A stretch of 64,000 bases of DNA, taken from NCBI GenBank assembly GCA_951406725.2, contig OX597814.1, forward strand, positions 195,362,001 to 195,426,000. The letters run 5' to 3'. This DNA is from Octopus vulgaris. Its lineage: Eukaryota. Positions 58,289-64,000 of the stretch are shown piece after piece. The translations under genes and the position numbers were made by a program. Below the pieces are notes generated by a model. That model made no database searches. It saw nothing but the letters and a program-made list of their open reading frames with translations, and was not told the DNA's origin. Each line of letters starts with the position of its first letter. Position 1 is the first letter of the stretch.

Positions 58289-59760
58289 GAGATCAGGAAG
58301 GAATGTTATTGGAGAGTTCGTGCAGTCCTGAAATCTGAACTAAATGCACGTAACAAGGTGTTAGCTATAAATTCCTTAGCAGTTCCAGTTGTCACTTATA
58401 GCTACAATGTGTTGAACTGGAATATGAGTGAAGTAAAGAATATAGATAGGAAAATACGCAAGCTGCTGAGTTGTAATAGGATGCACCACCCAAAGGCAGA
58501 CGTAGATCGCCTTTACCTTCCCAGAGCCCAAGGAGGTCGAGGCCTGATCCAATTTGAACTAGCTTACAAAACAACCACAATTGGACTGGCCAAATATCTC
58601 GAAATATCGAATGACTGGATGCTAAAGCTCGTGGAAAATCACGAGAGACGAAAGAAGCTTCATTCTATCATGGAAAGCAAAAAATTTGCTATTGATCTCG
58701 TGCAGGATACCCAAACTGAACAACCCGAGGGAAGTACGGCAACTATTGTTGCAAAGAAGGTGAAAATAATGGCAACGAAAAAAGCGCACGAGCAATTGGC
58801 TGATAGGTGGGAGGAGAAACCTCTGCACGGCAAATATGTGGCCCGCAGCAAACAAGCTGATGTTGACCAGAAGCAAACCCATCAGTGGCTACGAGCTCAG
58901 GGCTAAAAGCAGAGAGCGAAGGTTTCATCCTGGCTGCTCAAGATCAAAGCCTATTAACCCGGAACAACCAGGTCAATGTGATGAAAAATGGAGCAGACCC
59001 AAAATGCCGATTCTGCAACGACATGATTGAAACAGTGGACCACCTAATCTCTGGATGTAAAGTCTTAGCACCAGTGGAGTATAAATTAAGACATGACAGA
59101 GTTGGCCAATATCTACACTGGCTAATAAGTCGGCATTACAATATCAAAACTGCCGACAAGTGGTATAATCACCACCCTGAGGCTGTAACTGAAGGAGAAA
59201 ATGTAACCATTCTGTGGGACTTTCCAGTACATACAGACCGAACCATCAAGGCCAATAAACCAGATATTGTCGTGAAAGACCAAAACAATAAAGTTTGCTT
59301 ATTGATCGACATGAGCATCCCCTGTGATCATAATACCTCAGCGAAAGAGTTTGACAAGCTCAGAAAATATAAAGACCTACTCATTGAAATTGAGAAAATG
59401 TGGCATCTCAAGGCGGTTACAGTGCCAGTGATCGTAGGAGCACTAGGAATGATCAAGAAGGGAACCGAAAATTATATGAGAATGATCCCTGGCTTACCAT
59501 CCCTGCAAGAAGTGCAAAATATTGTCTTAACTGGTACATCACACGTATTGAGAAGAGCATTGTCGATGTGAGAACTGTTGCTGCTCATGTATTTTAATTT
59601 AAATTAAAAAAAAAAAAAAATAAAGAACGAACTATTGAGTTTGGTTTAATGGCCTACCAATGTATACTATGAGTTTCTTTGCCCTAGGAGTCGGGAAGAC
59701 ACTCGGCAAGAAATGGAAGCAAATTTGAAAGAAAAAAAAAAAAAAAAAAATAATAATAAT
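58289..59760 (+). mobile_element. 5'-truncated R4/Dong-like RLE LINE in (TAA)n, one frameshift near 58890
   Basis: HPKADVDRLYLPR..GGRGL, CRFC..ETVDHLISGC zinc knuckle, RHD, KPDIVV, IDMSIP; poly(A) followed by (TAA)n. Confidence 0.9.
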
Positions 59761-60575
59761 CAAACCAAATATATGTCACCCTAGTCAAAACACCAACTTG
59801 AACGCCTAACTTCTTGTCTCTTGAGGTCTCTATGTGAGACTTAGAGTCAACTTGTATAAATACAAAGCAAAAGTCAAACATAATAATAACAATAAATAAT
59901 AATAATAATGAACTTCTAACTTGTCTCTAGAGGTCTCTGGGTGAGACTTGGAGCCAACTTGTACAAATACAAAGCAAAAGTCAATCATATAATAATGATA
60001 ATAATTGGCTTCTGATCTTATCTGATTGGAAGTGTTATCTTGTATATTGTTTTGTCCTGGTATAAAAGATAGGCTACAGCAAACATTCAGCTCAATACCA
60101 CAGATTTGCTTGTCAGTTGTTCGACCTTAACCAGTTGAGCATGTTCCTTAGTGGCTGACGATATGTGCATTTCTGATCACGAGCAGAAGTAGTGGGAGAG
60201 CATCATAGCCATGTGTTGACAGGAATTCTTTGGGGTTTTAATAATTCACCTCTGGAAACATGGGTGTTTTGTTCATCATCCTTAAAACAAATTTTGTTCA
60301 GGGACCTCTTGAGTGAGATGGGCTACTCGACCTGAAGAAAATTCTAACTGGGCCCCGCCTGCAAGGTCATGCGCCGTTTAATTCGATATGAGATCACTAT
60401 ATCGCCCACATATGGTTGTGATACATTTGCCTGGTGTACCCTTCTCAAACGGGTAGTCATGATGGGTATACTGGGCTTCAAATATATTTTAATATATTTT
60501 ACCCCAGAGTACTTTGATGTTATTCTCTGTTCTCTCACTCAATAATGATCAATAATGATGATGATGATGATGATG

Positions 60576-60610
<35 letters not shown>

Positions 60611-60803
60611 GAGCTGGCAGAAACGCTAGCACGGGCAAAATGCTTAGCGGAAGTTCGTCCGTTTTCAGGTTCTGATTTCAAATTCCGTTGAGGTCGGTTT
60701 TGCTTCTTATCCTTTTGGGGTTGATGAAATAAGTACCAGTTGAACACTGGGGTCGGTGTAATCAACTTACTTCCTTCCCCGAAATTGCTGGCTTTGTGCC
60801 AAA

Positions 60804-60834
<31 letters not shown>

Positions 60835-60837
60835 CTT

Positions 60838-60868
<31 letters not shown>

Positions 60869-61227
60869 TTCTTCTTCTTCTTCTTCTTCTTCTTCTTCTT
60901 CTTCTTCTTCTTCTTCTTCTCCTCTCCTCCCCTCCTCCCCCTCTTCTTCTTCCTTCTTCTTCTTCTTCTTCTTCTTCTTCTTCTTCTTCTTTTCTTCTTC
61001 TTCTTCTTCTATCGACTATAGGCACAAAGCTTGACATTTTGTGGGTGGGGGGTAGTCAATTACATCGATCGAAGTAATGAACTAGTAGTTATTTCATCGG
61101 TCCCGGAAGGCTGAAAGGCAAAGCCGACCTCTTTGGAATTTGAACTTAGAACGGAAAGACGGACGACATGCCACTAAGCATTTTCTCCGGCATACTAATG
61201 ATTCTGACGGCTCGCTATCTTAATTAA

Positions 61228-61312
<85 letters not shown>

Positions 61313-61316
<4 letters not shown>

Positions 61317-61533
61317 TAAAAAAATATTCAGACAAATGCATAACAAAAACACCAGGACTTACAAACACCTATAACATACAGAAAATTGCACTACTAGGCA
61401 CTGCACACATCCTACGCAGAACACTTTCCATACAATAACCATCAGATAATCACAACAAATCACAGCACATACCCAAGGCACACAGAGCTGCGCTCGGTAG
61501 TGAAGTGGAAGCACGCTATAAAAATAAAACTAA

Positions 61534-61540
<7 letters not shown>
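61313..61540 (+). mobile_element. 3' end fragment of a second R4/Dong-like family in (TAA)n
   Basis: MIKK...PGL...IQKIALLGTAHILRRTLS parallels the C-terminus of ORF 58885-59571. Confidence 0.8.
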
Positions 61541-61604
<64 letters not shown>

Positions 61605-61816
61605 CCTTTCTAATATAGGAACAAGGCCTGGGATTGTGGAGGAGGGGGCTAGTTACATCAACCCCGGTGTTTCACTGGTACTTAATTTATCGACCGCGAG
61701 AAAGATGAAAAGCGAAGTCGACCTCGGTGAAATTTGAACTCAGAAAGTAAAGACAGACGAAATTCCGCTAAGCATTTCACCCGGCGTGCTAACGATTCTA
61801 CCAGCTCACCGTCATC

Positions 61817-61883
<67 letters not shown>

Positions 61884-61902
61884 CAATAATAATAATAATA
61901 AT

Positions 61903-62326
61903 CGCTTTTACGCTTTTACTCTTTTACTTGTTTCAGTCATTTGACTGCGGCCATGCTGGAGCATCGCCTTTAGTCGAGCAAATCGACCCCAGGACTTATT
62001 CGTTGTAAACCTAGTACTTATTCTATCGGTCTCTTTTGCCGAACCGCTTACTTACGGGGACGTAAACCCACCAGCATCGGTTGTCAAGCGATGTTTGGGG
62101 GGACAATCACAGACACACAAACATATATACACACATACATACATATATATATATACATATATACGACGGGCTTCTTTCAGTTTCCGTCTACCAAATCCAC
62201 TCACAAGGCTTTGGTCGGCCCAAGGCTATTGTAGAAGACACTTGCCCAAGGTGCCACACAGTGGGAATGAACCAAGAACCATGTAGTTCGTAAGCAAGCT
62301 ACTTATCACACAGCCACTCCTACGCG

Positions 62327-62327
<1 letters not shown>
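61903..62327 (-). mobile_element. SINE family A, full length
   Basis: Reverse complement of the family A consensus seen in this window. Confidence 0.9.
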
Positions 62328-62364
<37 letters not shown>

Positions 62365-63432
62365 CAACAACAACAACAACCCTGTTTTCAATAAAAATGA
62401 GGAAAATGAAATATGAGCTATGCATTGGTAATGACGTTAATGAGAAATAGAATGGAAAAAATATATCTCAGAAAAGGCAAACTGAATTTCGAAAAAGAAG
62501 AGAAAAAATACTAAAAAAGTGCACGCAAAAACCCCAAACAAAACCAAAAAATTGGAAGAAGAAGATAAAGGAGATGTAGAAGATGGTAATGATGAAGAAC
62601 ATTTACAACGCTTTGAAAGTTATAAGATAAATAGTGGCACTTTTGGGACAAGATTAACTTCATTAAGAGAAACCACTAAAATTAGTTTATTGCATAAAAT
62701 GTTCGTTTCTTGGAATTTGTAACTGGTTTAAATAATGAGCTTGCGTGTATAAGTTTTGAAATTAGCGCCGAGGTGTGAATAGTTTAGTGTTGCGCTTGTT
62801 TTAATGTATTCTACGGTTTTGAAGTTTATGAATTGAGGAAAGAATATGAACAAACAGATGAGAATACGTAAATTGAAAAACAGCGGCAACAGCAACAAGA
62901 AGAACAATTACAGTAATAATAAGAACAAAACAGTGAAGATAATTGAACAAGAAAGAAAGAAAAAAAATAATAAAATGAACCAAAAGCTAGATATATTAAA
63001 AACGACGTGCTTTTTCGTTATTATGATTTAATTACCCGAGAAAAATCAAAAATGTGTCCCTTGGCAGATATAATGGTAAAAATACAGACTGAAGTGTTGT
63101 ATGGAATACATGATTTCATATATTGGTTCATTCAATTGTGTTTATTAATAATTATTGATTTTTTTAAAAAGAAAATCTTTATTTTATTGTCACCACGTAA
63201 AATATTGAAGCAACATTTATTGTCACCACGTTGCAAGTTAAGTTCCTGTTATCACATCACATGTTATTATATTATTGTCACCATGTCGTTTGTTGCTATA
63301 GTTACCTGTTGCTATGTTAATGTCATCATGTCATCTGTTGCTATAGTCACCACGTCTCTGGTTGCTATGCTTGAGTTACCATGTTGCCTTTTGGCGTAGT
63401 CACTCTCATCAAATCACGTTTTGCTATGTTAC

Positions 63433-63862
63433 CTATTTCTTTACTACCCACAAGGGGCTAAACACACAGAGGACAAACAAGGACAGACAAACGGATTAAG
63501 TCGATTATATCGAGCCCAGTGCGTAACTGGTACTTATTTAATCGACCCCGAAAGGATGAAAGGCAAAGTCGACCTCGGCGGAATTTGAATTCAGAACATA
63601 AAGACAGACAAAATACTTATTTCTTTACTACCCACAAGGGGCTAAACACACAGAGGACAAACAAGGACAGACAAACAAGGACAGACAAACGGATTAAGTC
63701 GATTATATCGAGCCCAGTGCGTAACTGGTACTTAGTTAATCGACCCCGAAAGGATGAAAGGCAAAGTCGACCTCGGCGGAATTTGAACTCAGAACGTAAC
63801 GGCAGACGAAATACGGATACGCATTTCGCCCCGCGTGCTAACGTTTCTGCCAGCTCGCCGCA
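63433..63862 (-). mobile_element. SINE family C dimer
   Basis: One head, two bodies, same junction as the other dimers. Confidence 0.88.
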
Positions 63863-64000
63863 CCGTCATCACGCCACCTACTGCTATGCATCAGTCACCA
63901 TGTCGACTGTTGCCATAGTTTACTGCCATCCCACCAGGTGTCGCTAAGCTGCTGTATTTACGTCATCTTTTATGACTGTCCGTGCATCAACTGCAGCTAT

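Overview
AT-rich eukaryotic DNA dominated by microsatellites and transposable elements. The repeat families look like those of an octopus/cephalopod genome (my inference, not database-checked). No host protein-coding gene can be called with confidence, and nearly all listed ORFs come from microsatellites or SINEs. Real coding remnants are all TE-derived: a 3.1-kb APE+RT LINE (CR1/Jockey group), a 5'-truncated RTE LINE, three R4/Dong-like (RLE) fragments, mariner remnants and a Penelope-like ORF N-terminus. Also present are four tRNA-derived SINE types (labelled A-D here, many with TSDs), a non-autonomous Helitron, several MITEs, a 176-bp solo LTR and a 3.5-kb (AAT)n array with higher-order structure. 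The main signal is about a dozen type I hammerhead-ribozyme-like motifs from at least 8 unrelated sequence families. They sit in short elements embedded in (TA)n tracts, often as inverted repeats, and have palindromic (dimer-type) stem III and recurrent non-canonical cores. This is consistent with a diverse population of non-autonomous Penelope-like elements. Also visible are a LINE-SINE pair sharing a 3' stem-loop and a SINE that appears to insert into its own copies at a fixed site. All structures were folded by eye and coordinates were hand-counted.
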